Source: an uncultured Pseudomonadota bacterium (lineage in GTDB: Bacteria > Pseudomonadota > Alphaproteobacteria > UBA9219). From it: a stretch of 16,860 bases of DNA. Below, one piece after another: positions 7,446-16,015 of this stretch (positions are counted from its first letter, which is position 1; every line of letters begins with the position of its first letter). The position numbers and the translations under genes were made by a program. The notes under the pieces are model-generated. The model made no database searches. It had not been told where the DNA came from and was given only the letters and a program-made list of their open reading frames with translations. The stretch is taken from NCBI GenBank assembly GCA_903875345.1, contig CAIQVS010000114.1, forward strand, positions 1 through 16,860, read 5' to 3'.

Positions 7446-8728
7446 GCCGCCGCCCGGATTCTTTCGATCGTCGCGCCGCAGGCCGCGAGTTTTTCCTCCA
7501 GCCGCTCATAGCCGCGATCAAGGTGATAGATGCGGTTCAGGATCGTCTCGCCCTTCGCCGCCAATCCCGCCAGCGCCAACGACACCGAGGCGCGGAGATC
7601 GGTCGCCATAACCGGCGCTCCGTTCAGATGCGCAACGCCGCGCACCATCGCCGAGGCGTTGTGAACGGTGATGTTCGCGCCCATGCGTTGCAACTCCGGC
7701 ACATGCATGAAGCGGTTCTCAAAAATCGTTTCGGTGATCATCGACGCGCCTTCGGCTACCGTCATCAAGGCCATAAACTGCGCCTGAAGATCGGTTGGAA
7801 AGCTGGGGTAGGGTTCGGTCATCACATCGACGCCATGCAAGCCGTTGACGCGGCAAACCTGAAGCCCGTGTTTGGTTTCGGTGACGCTGACTCCGGCTTT
7901 GGAGAGGACGCGGGCGACGCTGTTGAGATGCTCCATCTTCGCGCCGATGAGTTCGACATCGCCGTCGGTGATCGCGGCGGCCATCGCAAATGTGCCTGTT
8001 TCGATACGGTCGGGGATGACGCTGTGCGTAGCGCCATGCAGCCGGTCGCAACCGGTGATGCGCAGCCGATCCGAGCCGATGCCTTCGATCCGCGCGCCCA
8101 TCGCCACGAGGCAATTGGCGAGATCGACGACTTCCGGCTCGCGCGCGGCGTTGACGATCGTGGTTTGCCCTTTGGCCAGAGCAGCGGCCATCATGATATT
8201 TTCGGTGCCGGTGACGGTGACGACCGGAAAGACGATTTCGGCTCCGCGCAGACCATTCGGCGCGTTCGCGTTGATGTACCCGTTATCGATGCTGATCGTC
8301 GCGCCGAGGTTTTCCAACGCGCTGATATGCAAATCAACCGGACGCGTGCCGATCGCGCAGCCGCCGGGCAGCGATACTTTCGCCTGACCGCAGCGTGCCA
8401 GCAGCGGGCCGAGGACGAGGATGCTCGCGCGCATTTTGCGCACGAGGTCATAGGGGGCGGTGACGTTGCTGACGTTGCTGGCCTTAAGCTCCATCACGCG
8501 GCCAGTGCCGCCGAGTTTCTGTTCTCCGTTCAGGCTGATGTTGACGCCGTGCTGGGACAACAGATTGGCCATCGTCGTGATGTCGGCGAGATGCGGCACG
8601 TTGCCGAGCGTCAGCGTCTCGTCCGTCAGCAAGCTCGCGGCCAGCAAGGGCAGGGCGGCGTTCTTCGCGCCGCTGATATAAATTTTACCTTCGAGCGGTT
8701 TGCCGCCGACGATGCGAATGGAGTCCAT
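7442..8728 (-). CDS. murA: UDP-N-acetylglucosamine 1-carboxyvinyltransferase
   Basis: [34 protein letters not shown]... and the C-terminal ...[12 protein letters not shown] are classic MurA sequence. 428 aa. Confidence 0.95.
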   Translation of the reverse strand: MDSIRIVGGKPLEGKIYISGAKNAALPLLAASLLTDETLTLGNVPHLADITTMANLLSQHGVNISLNGEQKLGGTGRVMELKASNVSNVTAPYDLVRKMRASILVLGPLLARCGQAKVSLPGGCAIGTRPVDLHISALENLGATISIDNGYINANAPNGLRGAEIVFPVVTVTGTENIMMAAALAKGQTTIVNAAREPEVVDLANCLVAMGARIEGIGSDRLRITGCDRLHGATHSVIPDRIETGTFAMAAAITDGDVELIGAKMEHLNSVARVLSKAGVSVTETKHGLQVCRVNGLHGVDVMTEPYPSFPTDLQAQFMALMTVAEGASMITETIFENRFMHVPELQRMGANITVHNASAMVRGVAHLNGAPVMATDLRASVSLALAGLAAKGETILNRIYHLDRGYERLEEKLAACGATIERIRAAA

Positions 8729-8737
8729 GAGTTCAAT

Positions 8738-9586
8738 TCAGCCTTTCTTTTGCGTCAGTTTTTGCGCGTTGGGCAGATAATTTCCCTTGCTCGCCACTTT
8801 GCGACCGGTTTGATGCTCCAGTTGCTCGCGGGCTTTGCCCGCCACGCTTCCGCCTTCAATGGCGGCTTGGCGGTTCTGGTCGAAACCTTGGGCGTCCTTG
8901 ATTTGCGCGATTTCGGCGGTCGAGGCTTCGCCCAGCATCATGAATATTAGCTCAAGGTCGCTCATGTGGTCGCGCAGATCGTGCCGGGGCTCAAGATTCT
9001 TCGCGGCTTTATGCTCGTCGGGATTTACGCCGAACGCGGCCTGCGCGATTTCCGACATCAGCACGGCGTATTCCTTCGTGTCCTTGACGCCGCGTTTTTC
9101 CCATTCGTTGACTAGCTTTTCGTGAACGGCCATGCCGCGCATCCGCTTGTCGATCCAGTCGTCGGCATAGCCCTTGGCCTTGTAGAGCGCGCGAACCCGG
9201 CGGGTCGCCAGTTCCGGATTCTCGATTTCCTGCAGGCGCTCATAGCTGACTTTCGCCAGCCATTGCTTGAACGGCTCGGCCTTGGGCGAGGGGATGGACT
9301 GGATAATGCGCAGCATCGTCTCGATCGTGGCGCAATCCGTCGAATAGGCTTTTCCGTCGGACGACAGCAATTTCAGTTGTACGATTTTATCGTACAACTG
9401 CGCCCGCCCTTGTTCTTCCTCGATTTTCCGTTTGAGATCAGACCAATAGCGGCGCGGGATGGCGCTGTCCGTCAGGACGCCAACGACATCGACGACCGAA
9501 AACCACCACTCGTTATTGCGCCACTGGCGACGGATCTGGCGGTTCTCAAAAGCGATGAGGCTGGCGGTGGCGCGAGCGTCAGGCAT
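8738..9586 (-). CDS. DinD-like (DNA-damage-inducible protein D family) protein with an N-terminal Bro-N / antirepressor-like domain
   Basis: N-terminus [26 protein letters not shown] resembles the Bro-N pattern. The middle and C-terminal layout (…[27 protein letters not shown]…GRKVASKGN) parallels E. coli DinD as I recall it. A GGAGGG ribosome-binding site lies 8 nt upstream, inside the dcd 3' end. Confidence 0.55.
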   Translation of the reverse strand: MPDARATASLIAFENRQIRRQWRNNEWWFSVVDVVGVLTDSAIPRRYWSDLKRKIEEEQGRAQLYDKIVQLKLLSSDGKAYSTDCATIETMLRIIQSIPSPKAEPFKQWLAKVSYERLQEIENPELATRRVRALYKAKGYADDWIDKRMRGMAVHEKLVNEWEKRGVKDTKEYAVLMSEIAQAAFGVNPDEHKAAKNLEPRHDLRDHMSDLELIFMMLGEASTAEIAQIKDAQGFDQNRQAAIEGGSVAGKAREQLEHQTGRKVASKGNYLPNAQKLTQKKG

Positions 9587-10151
9587 GCTTGACGCCCTCC
9601 ATGCGCGGCAACGTCACGCCGGTTTGCTTCATGTATTTTCCGCCACGGTCGGCGTAGGAGGTTTCGCACAGGCTGTCGGACTTGATGAACAGGAACTGGC
9701 AGATGCCTTCGTTGGCGTAAACGCGGGCGGGCAGGGGAGTGGTGTTGGAAATCTCCAGCGTCACGTGGCCTTCCCATTCCGGCTCCAGAGGCGTGACGTT
9801 GACGATCAAGCCGCAGCGGGCATAGGTCGATTTGCCGAGGCATATCACCAGCATGTCGCGAGGAATGCGGAAATATTCGACGGTATGCGCAAGCGCGAAA
9901 GAATTCGGCGGCACGATGCAGACATCGGTCTTGCGCGTGACAAAGCTCGCGTCCGAGAAATTCTTCGGATCGACCACGGCGTTATCGACATTGGTGAAAA
10001 TCTTGAAATCGACGGCGACTCGCGCGTCATAACCATAGGATGACAAGCCGTAGGAGATCACGCCCGTGCGCTGCAGCTTCTCCTCGAACGGCTCAATCAT
10101 GCCGCTCTGCTTGGCCATTTTACGAATCCAGTGATCGGGCATGACGGACAT
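9579..10151 (-). CDS. dcd: dCTP deaminase (dUTPase superfamily)
   Basis: [13 protein letters not shown]...[11 protein letters not shown]...VDPKNF...[21 protein letters not shown]...[28 protein letters not shown]...YADRGGKY is a typical Dcd. The track ORF has a 37-codon spurious 5' extension; the true ATG (10151) has AGGAA upstream. Confidence 0.85.
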   Translation of the reverse strand: MSVMPDHWIRKMAKQSGMIEPFEEKLQRTGVISYGLSSYGYDARVAVDFKIFTNVDNAVVDPKNFSDASFVTRKTDVCIVPPNSFALAHTVEYFRIPRDMLVICLGKSTYARCGLIVNVTPLEPEWEGHVTLEISNTTPLPARVYANEGICQFLFIKSDSLCETSYADRGGKYMKQTGVTLPRMEGVKHA

Positions 10152-10155
10152 GAGT

Positions 10156-10296
10156 CTATTCCTTGATCGTTTTGTCGTTAACCGTCGAATCCGCCTGCTG
10201 TTGCTTGCGCTTCCTGAGATTCTCGCGCAAGGCTGCGGCGCGCCGCGCTTCGCGCTCGGCATGGGAAGAATTGGGCTGCTGTTGTTTTTGAGTCAT
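10156..10296 (-). CDS. Small basic/glutamine-rich protein (46 aa), unannotated in the ORF track (possibly DUF4169-like)
   Basis: Minus-strand translation gives [46 protein letters not shown], with GC-rich third codon positions. Its stop codon abuts the dcd ribosome-binding site. No clear Shine-Dalgarno. Confidence 0.35.
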   Translation of the reverse strand: MTQKQQQPNSSHAEREARRAAALRENLRKRKQQQADSTVNDKTIKE

Positions 10297-10376
10297 GAAT
10301 GTATGTCTAATCTATCGAGACCCACCGGACAACAAGGATTTGCCCGTGGTTATGGTTAAGTTTGTTCCGTAAAACC

Positions 10377-12260
10377 CTACTTATTGGCGCCAACTTCACC
10401 CGATTCCCGGATTTCAAACAAAAGCAAGTTGCCCAGTTCCGGCAAGGCGACCGGTTTGAGCCATAATGGGATCTTTCCATCAATCAGTTGCTGCGCGAAC
10501 AGGCTGGGATCGGCCTTGCCGAGCGGATTGTTGGGGTCGTAAGCCTTGTAAATTGCATCAAGGGAACTGCACAAAACCACAAGCTCCGCGCCGCGTTTAC
10601 GGGCAATAGTCTCGGCAACCGCAGAGTCTGTGGCCGAGAAAAATGCATAGGAGTCGAGATTGCCGCGAACATTTTTATGAAACGGCGCGGCGATGATCGC
10701 GTGCTGCGTGCGGAACAGGATCTCGACGTTTGTGTTCATCGCATTCATGATCAGGCGCGGGCGGTCGCCGTAGCGCGTATTCAGCACATCGGCGAGCCCG
10801 TTCATGTCGCAGGCTTTCTGCGTGATCTGCACCGGAAAAAAAACCGGATTCTTGGTGATGAGATAATCGCCGATAAGCAAAGGCAGGATCACGACCGTCA
10901 GAGGCCCGATCAGCAGCAGCGCAAAAATTTTCCCATAACGCGCGACGAGCCGATCTTGCGAAGCATTCGTTGCCAGCCAAATTCTTTGCGCGGCATAGGC
11001 AAGCGGCAGCACGCTGAAAGCCTCGGCATAGACCATCAGGCGTTGCTGATAGAAAATCGCCAGCGTGAAGGTCGTGGCGATCAGCAGGGTCAGGAGGCCA
11101 ATGCTCCAAAGCTTCGCGTCATCCCGACGCCGGAACAAATCAAAGCAAGCCAGCAAAGCTATGACGGGCAGGACGACGGAACGCCGGTAGGGGCTGCCGT
11201 CATGCAGCAGAGGCCACGCTTCCGTCGATCGTTTCAGGATCATTTTGGCTATGGTCGGGTCGGTTCCGCCGTACGGACCGCCGATCATATCAGGGAAATA
11301 CATCATAAAGGCGGTTCCGATCACGGCAGCGAATACGCCGCTGAGCAGGAGCCGCGCCGATATGGAGAGCGCTAGATGGGCGGCAAGCCGAATGACGGCG
11401 AAGCAGGATGCTCCCCCTGCGGCAAGGGTGACATAGGTCAGGGAAAAGGCATCAAGGCTGGTGTCGGAAAGATTCTCCGGCGATCTGGTCAGCATGAGAA
11501 AAACAGCGCTGCTGAGGAATAATGTCAGGCCGAAAATCAGGGCGGTTTGCGCGGCCTCGCGGCCTTTGACAATTGCCCATAGAGCGATCCATGCCGTCAT
11601 GAGAAGAAGTACCGGCAGGATTTCCAGCCCGAAATCCAGCGCGACCGCCAAAGTAAATCCGGCGGTAACCGCCATTTTCCATGCGGTCGGTCGCAGCGTC
11701 ATGCGCGTGACACAGCCGAACGCGAGCAGGGCGAGGAAGGCTTCGATGCCGTGATGATCGACGCGACCCGGCGTGAATTGAAGCAGCAAGGAAAGCGAAA
11801 ACAGCGTAGCCAATGAGGTCAGCCTCGACCAGTCTTTGCCGACCAGAGGCTCGGCGCTCCAACAGGCTATTTTTAGAAAGGCGGCGAGAAAGAATAACGG
11901 GAACAGCGCCGCCGTCAGCGTCGCGGCATTCAGTCCGCCGAGCCATGGCTTGAGAAAGAAAATCGGCAATGCATACAGGCCGGTGAGCAGGTTGGAGAAA
12001 TGTATATACGTCCCTTCCGGCGGGTTGATGCGTTTCTGCACCAGATCGTACCAGCCCTGCCCTTTGAGCTGATCCATCGCTTGCACGAGATACAGGTAAT
12101 CATCGGAATCAACAAAATTGTAATGCCAGATGGGGCTGTGTGGATACAGGATGAAGGAGGCGACGAAATACAGCCAGACAATGACGGGCAACCCGCAAAA
12201 TGGCGGCGAGAAAATTGAGGCAATGAGCTTGCTCAGGGCAGGGCGGGTGGATGAGGGCAT
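10377..12260 (-). CDS. Large polytopic inner-membrane protein (627 aa) with a C-terminal soluble domain. Putative GT-C-fold glycosyltransferase-like (ArnT/PMT-like); function unassigned
   Basis: About 12 or more hydrophobic helices in the first 480 aa. An acidic DSDDYLY motif follows the first transmembrane helix, as in GT-C first loops, and a ~150-aa hydrophilic C-terminus follows. Family not firmly recognised. Confidence 0.8.
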   Translation of the reverse strand: MPSSTRPALSKLIASIFSPPFCGLPVIVWLYFVASFILYPHSPIWHYNFVDSDDYLYLVQAMDQLKGQGWYDLVQKRINPPEGTYIHFSNLLTGLYALPIFFLKPWLGGLNAATLTAALFPLFFLAAFLKIACWSAEPLVGKDWSRLTSLATLFSLSLLLQFTPGRVDHHGIEAFLALLAFGCVTRMTLRPTAWKMAVTAGFTLAVALDFGLEILPVLLLMTAWIALWAIVKGREAAQTALIFGLTLFLSSAVFLMLTRSPENLSDTSLDAFSLTYVTLAAGGASCFAVIRLAAHLALSISARLLLSGVFAAVIGTAFMMYFPDMIGGPYGGTDPTIAKMILKRSTEAWPLLHDGSPYRRSVVLPVIALLACFDLFRRRDDAKLWSIGLLTLLIATTFTLAIFYQQRLMVYAEAFSVLPLAYAAQRIWLATNASQDRLVARYGKIFALLLIGPLTVVILPLLIGDYLITKNPVFFPVQITQKACDMNGLADVLNTRYGDRPRLIMNAMNTNVEILFRTQHAIIAAPFHKNVRGNLDSYAFFSATDSAVAETIARKRGAELVVLCSSLDAIYKAYDPNNPLGKADPSLFAQQLIDGKIPLWLKPVALPELGNLLLFEIRESGEVGANK

Positions 12261-12297
12261 GTATATTCAGACTCCATGAGAATCCAAAAAAGATTTT

Positions 12298-12323
12298 GTC
12301 ATTCCCGCTTGTGCGGGAATGAC
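12298..12323. promoter_or_regulatory. Perfect 11-bp inverted repeat (gtcattcccgc-ttgt-gcgggaatgac) in the divergent region between the membrane-protein gene and vanX. Read on the minus strand it is followed by AAAATCTTTTTT
   Basis: Seen directly in the sequence. It could be an operator for a dimeric regulator or a terminator/attenuator-like hairpin on the minus strand. Confidence 0.5.
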
Positions 12324-12431
12324 GACCGTTTATCTGGTCATTAAGTCATCCCAGTATACTCAAGATCACGGATGGGTGGACAACCTATTTGACGATACTA
12401 TATTCGCCGGATTGCGATCATAAAATGCGCA

Positions 12432-13178
12432 TTGCGCAGAGGCATTGTTCGGCAGATGGAAATCCAGAAAAATTACCGGAAAGTGCCCATTCGGGAATGC
12501 GGCGAGTCTTTGGTGCCGATTCCACGCGATCAATTTGTTTTCTTCGATCCGGCGCCTTATGTGGCTTTGGGCGCGTCGTATGGCAAGGCATCGCCGTGGA
12601 TGCTGAGGACGGGAGTGCTGGCGGCTTTGCAAAAGGCGCAAGATTGGCTGCATCGGCAACGTCCGGGCTGGCGAATCATGCTGTTCGATGCGTACCGCCC
12701 CAACGAGGTGCAGATTTTTATGGTCGAGCGCGAATTCGGCTTCAAGGCGCGGGAGGCGGGGCTTGATCCCTCGGCCTTGACGCCGGAGCAGCGCGAGAAA
12801 CTGGCTGAAAAAGTTTTCCGCTATTGGGCGATTCCAAGCGACGATCCCGCCACGCCGCCGCCGCACAGCACCGGAGCGGCGCTGGATATTACGCTGGCGG
12901 ATGAGCAGGGGGGTGAGGTCGATATGGGCTCGCCCATCGACGAAGGAGCGCCTCCGGCGACACCGGATTATTTTGCCGGAGCGACCGACGAAGCCGGGCG
13001 GCGAGCGCATGAACACAGGCTCTTGCTGCGTCAGGCGTTGCGGTACGGCGGATTCCGCCAGCATCCGGGCGAATGGTGGCATTTTTCCTATGGCGACCAG
13101 ATGTGGGCTTTGGCCGAGCGACAGGAGCGCGGCGGCGCAGAAATCCCCGCCATCTATGGCCGCGCGGATTTGGTGTAA
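12432..13178 (+). CDS. ddpX: D-alanyl-D-alanine dipeptidase (VanX / M15D peptidase family)
   Basis: FDAYRP, HSTGAALDITL and EWWHFSY match the VanX zinc-binding and catalytic motifs. The start may instead be the Met at 12456. Confidence 0.85.
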   Translation: MRRGIVRQMEIQKNYRKVPIRECGESLVPIPRDQFVFFDPAPYVALGASYGKASPWMLRTGVLAALQKAQDWLHRQRPGWRIMLFDAYRPNEVQIFMVEREFGFKAREAGLDPSALTPEQREKLAEKVFRYWAIPSDDPATPPPHSTGAALDITLADEQGGEVDMGSPIDEGAPPATPDYFAGATDEAGRRAHEHRLLLRQALRYGGFRQHPGEWWHFSYGDQMWALAERQERGGAEIPAIYGRADLV

Positions 13179-13270
13179 TTCCGGAGCGTTTTGGCGATTT
13201 TCGCAAAACTTGCGCTTGCGCGCCGCCTGTGGCAATTATCGCTCCAAGGTCTCATGCATATCTGCGTGAC

Positions 13271-13345
13271 GCTGCTGTAGCTCAGGGGTAGAGCACGTCC
13301 TTGGTAAGGACGGGGTCCGCGGTTCAATTCCGCGCAGCAGCACCA
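13271..13345 (+). tRNA. tRNA-Thr (anticodon GGT), CCA encoded
   Basis: Manual cloverleaf: acceptor GCTGCTG/CAGCAGC, D-arm GCTC-AGGGGTA-GAGC, anticodon arm CGTCC-TTGGTAA-GGACG (GGT), variable loop GGGTC, T-arm CGCGG-TTCAATT-CCGCG, discriminator A, CCA. Confidence 0.9.
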
Positions 13346-13382
13346 TTATTTCAATGGGTTAGTTTTTCACCGACCCCGAAAA

Positions 13383-13402
13383 ATTATTACAGCTGTAATA
13401 AT
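13383..13402. promoter_or_regulatory. 20-bp perfect palindrome ATTATTACAGCTGTAATAAT between tRNA-Thr and the NTPase gene. Candidate operator
   Basis: Seen directly. Located about 70 nt upstream of the 13473 start codon in an AT-rich leader. Confidence 0.5.
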
Positions 13403-13472
13403 GTCGGTGGATTCTTAAATTTCACAGTTGTAGCTTGCCAGCACCGCTGAACCCCGTGCGCAGAGTTAATGA

Positions 13473-14546
13473 ATGACTCAAAAAATTGAAAACGTCTTCG
13501 TCACCGAAGGCGTACCAGAATTTACTTTTGTTCCGCCCCCTAATTATAACGATATACTTATTGATATACGTAGGCCTCAAAAACCCGTCATTATTGAAGG
13601 GCAATCGGGCAGCGGAAAAACAACCTGCGTAAAAAAAATTATAGCAGACTTAGCAGATGGACAACGCCCTATCTACTACTCCGTGCGATCCACGCACCAT
13701 CAACAATTGATCCTTGAGCTTGCAACCACTCCGAAAAGCGGCACCTTTGTCATTGATGACTTCCACAGGCTTCCCCAAGAAATCCGCGATCAACTTGCCA
13801 ATATTGCAAAACTGGCCGCAGAACAAGCCAACGAAAATTCGGAACTCCCCAAACTCATATTGATTGGCATCAATGAAATTGGAAGTGACTTAATCCAACT
13901 CGTACCGGATATCGCCAAACGCATTGGGATACACAAAATTAACCCCGGCTCAAAGCAAGATGTAGATAAGCTAATTCGCTCTGGCAGCGAAGCTCTCAAT
14001 ATAACCATCAAAAATAGCAACCTCATTTATGAAGAAAGTCGCGGCGATTATTGGCTTACACAACAGCTTTGCCAGCAAGTCTGCCTGATGAATAACGTCA
14101 CCGAGTCTTTAAACACCCAGCAAGAGCTAGTTTTTGAATTAGGAGAACTGCGCTTAAAAGTTATCTCTAGGCTGAAAGCCCACTATTACGCAGACATCAA
14201 AGAATTTTGCCGTGGCCAGAGATTTCGCCCGAGCAATGATCCCTATTACAAACTTTTGCGCGCCGTAAGCAGTCAGGATAAATCAGTAATTGATTTGAAT
14301 GATTTGGCGAACACTACTCTCGACGCAAGGGGCAGCATCAACAACATCAAGGAGCGCAGACTTACCGAACTATTTAGGACAAAACCTGCATGCGCGCGCT
14401 CGTTCTATTACAATGTTGAGACAAAAACTTTTGCGATTGAAGATGCCGCATTGTTTTACTTCCTCATCGTCGTTATCACTCCATTGTTTATCCACATACG
14501 AGTTACCATAGTAACCTCCGCAGGGGAAAACGTGGTCTTGGTATGA
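13473..14546 (+). CDS. P-loop NTPase (AAA/STAND-like ATPase) of unassigned family, encoded in an AT-rich islet next to tRNA-Thr
   Basis: Walker A is GQSGSGKTT, preceded by an FVPPP..N..ILIDIRRP segment typical of AAA_16/AAA_22/TniB-type N-termini. Walker B is FVIDDFH, followed by a sensor-like LILIGIN. GC is far below the backbone. The last ~25 residues are unusually hydrophobic. Confidence 0.7.
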   Translation: MTQKIENVFVTEGVPEFTFVPPPNYNDILIDIRRPQKPVIIEGQSGSGKTTCVKKIIADLADGQRPIYYSVRSTHHQQLILELATTPKSGTFVIDDFHRLPQEIRDQLANIAKLAAEQANENSELPKLILIGINEIGSDLIQLVPDIAKRIGIHKINPGSKQDVDKLIRSGSEALNITIKNSNLIYEESRGDYWLTQQLCQQVCLMNNVTESLNTQQELVFELGELRLKVISRLKAHYYADIKEFCRGQRFRPSNDPYYKLLRAVSSQDKSVIDLNDLANTTLDARGSINNIKERRLTELFRTKPACARSFYYNVETKTFAIEDAALFYFLIVVITPLFIHIRVTIVTSAGENVVLV

Positions 14547-14656
14547 CCGCATTTTCCCCCGCTTTGGTTTGGTCATGGTAGCCGGTTTCCTTTCAGTGCG
14601 TGGCGAGCCTGAAGTCTTGCTATGACCGATTGGAATGACCAGCTACCACATTATGC

Positions 14657-16015
14657 TTACCGGTTCGGAGCCGGAAACGTTGCCGTCGCAGGCGCTTGCC
14701 CCGGATGGGACGGAGCAGCCAAAGCCGCCGCGCCTCCTGTGACAAGACCCGTCAGTTCGCCCAACACATCCTGCGGCAACACCACCACCGACGGAAGGTT
14801 CGGCAAGCTGCCGTTCCATTTGGCGATAGCCTCACCGATACTCTGGTTGACCTTGATCATGGCTTGCGCCTTCAGGGTCGGAAGCACCGGCTCCAACGTA
14901 CGCGCCGCTTGAACCTGCCGCGAACTGATGAAAGCCAGATCGATCGCTTTTTGGATCTCCGGATTGTCATAGTTTAACGGCGTGGCGAAACCAGCATATT
15001 TGATGGTGATGCCGTCTGTGGCAAAGGCGTCTCTCACCTCCTTTTCCAGTTGGTCGATTATTTGGGCTTTCTCCTTAATGCAGTCGTCCGTCGACCTACG
15101 GCCAAACTCGCGGGCAAGGACGGCTTGCACCTTGCCGCGCACGTTCGTGTCCATCACTTCGGAAAGACTCCGCCCCTCGATGACCGACGCGAACGTTGCA
15201 TTCGGATCGTTGGATCTTGCCGCGCCATTTGTCTTTGCCCCATAGTGATAGACAAATTTGGCGGCATTATCCTCCGTCACTTCGGCGGCAATCACGACAC
15301 CCACCGTGATGTTGACGCTTTCGCCGCTTTCGAAGCGGAAGCTTTCATCCTTTGACGAGGTGCCACGATTGCTTTCGGCGACCCATTCGCGCATGTACGG
15401 CGTGCGATCCACCACCAACAGTTTGGTAGAGGGAACGTAATAGTCCCTCGTCCACACCGAAGGATTATGGATCAGCACATGCGGCACCTGAAACCGCTTC
15501 ATCGCGACCTTGTTGTCTGTCAGATATTGCTCCGACATGAACGCGGCCTGATTTTGACGGTTTGCTCCCTGTTCCGGTATGGCGAATGCGGTCTGGTTCG
15601 GAAGGATTTCCACAAACTCAGGATTATCCAACACGTCATAGTACGCATGCGCCGGACTTGTGACCGCCATCGAAGAAGCGATGAACAGCGCCGACATCGT
15701 CGCCGCTTGTCCTGACGTGATCTTCTTCGCCAGCCTCTTGATCGGCGACCACCAGACCGCACCGAGCGCGGCGGTTAATACCAACTCAGGCATATGCGCG
15801 CCGGACAAGGTTTGCATCATGGCTTGCTGCACCGGCTGGTCGACATCCTGCAACTGGCTTACGGCCAAATGACTGGACGCAAGACCGGCTGCATTGGTCA
15901 GCACCCTGTCGGCGAAGTGATACGCACCGGCGATGCCGACGCTTGCAACCGTGCGGGCTACAAGTCCTCCCACCGTAGCGATGGGGGCTGTGTTGGTGTT
16001 GTTAACTTCAGTCAT
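14657..16015 (-). CDS. SPFH/band-7 (stomatin/prohibitin/flotillin-like) domain membrane protein with a ~150-aa N-terminal extension and an Ala/Pro-rich tail
   Basis: The central region (VPHVLIHNPSVW...LLVVDRTPYMREWV...NITVGVVIAAEVTEDNAAKFVYHYG...LSEVMDTNVRGKVQAVLAREFG...IKEKAQIIDQLEKEVRDAFATDGITIKYAGF) has SPFH-domain architecture. Two or three hydrophobic segments lie upstream. A strong ribosome-binding site (AGGAGAaagtcATG) precedes it. Confidence 0.7.
   Translation of the reverse strand: MTEVNNTNTAPIATVGGLVARTVASVGIAGAYHFADRVLTNAAGLASSHLAVSQLQDVDQPVQQAMMQTLSGAHMPELVLTAALGAVWWSPIKRLAKKITSGQAATMSALFIASSMAVTSPAHAYYDVLDNPEFVEILPNQTAFAIPEQGANRQNQAAFMSEQYLTDNKVAMKRFQVPHVLIHNPSVWTRDYYVPSTKLLVVDRTPYMREWVAESNRGTSSKDESFRFESGESVNITVGVVIAAEVTEDNAAKFVYHYGAKTNGAARSNDPNATFASVIEGRSLSEVMDTNVRGKVQAVLAREFGRRSTDDCIKEKAQIIDQLEKEVRDAFATDGITIKYAGFATPLNYDNPEIQKAIDLAFISSRQVQAARTLEPVLPTLKAQAMIKVNQSIGEAIAKWNGSLPNLPSVVVLPQDVLGELTGLVTGGAAALAAPSHPGQAPATATFPAPNR

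Noticed and set aside
7523-8950. 475-aa ORF on the + strand
   Set aside because: It lies entirely antisense to murA and the DinD-like gene. The translation is Arg/Ala/Gly-rich and low in complexity, as is typical of GC-rich antisense frames, and it has no ribosome-binding site.
10488-11375. 295-aa ORF on the + strand, plus further short ORFs in 10675-12223
   Set aside because: All are antisense to, or frame-shifted within, the 627-aa membrane-protein gene. Their composition is consistent with GC-rich shadow ORFs.
12366-13235. 289-aa ORF on the - strand
   Set aside because: It is antisense to vanX, whose catalytic motifs are clearly in the + frame.
14370-14576. 68-aa minus-strand ORF at the 3' end of the NTPase gene
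   Set aside because: It overlaps the NTPase coding region and the convergent intergenic gap. It is Cys/Gly-rich with no ribosome-binding site. Most likely spurious, although the 14547-14656 gap does contain unexplained ggtagc/gctacc and ccggtt/aaccgg partial dyads.
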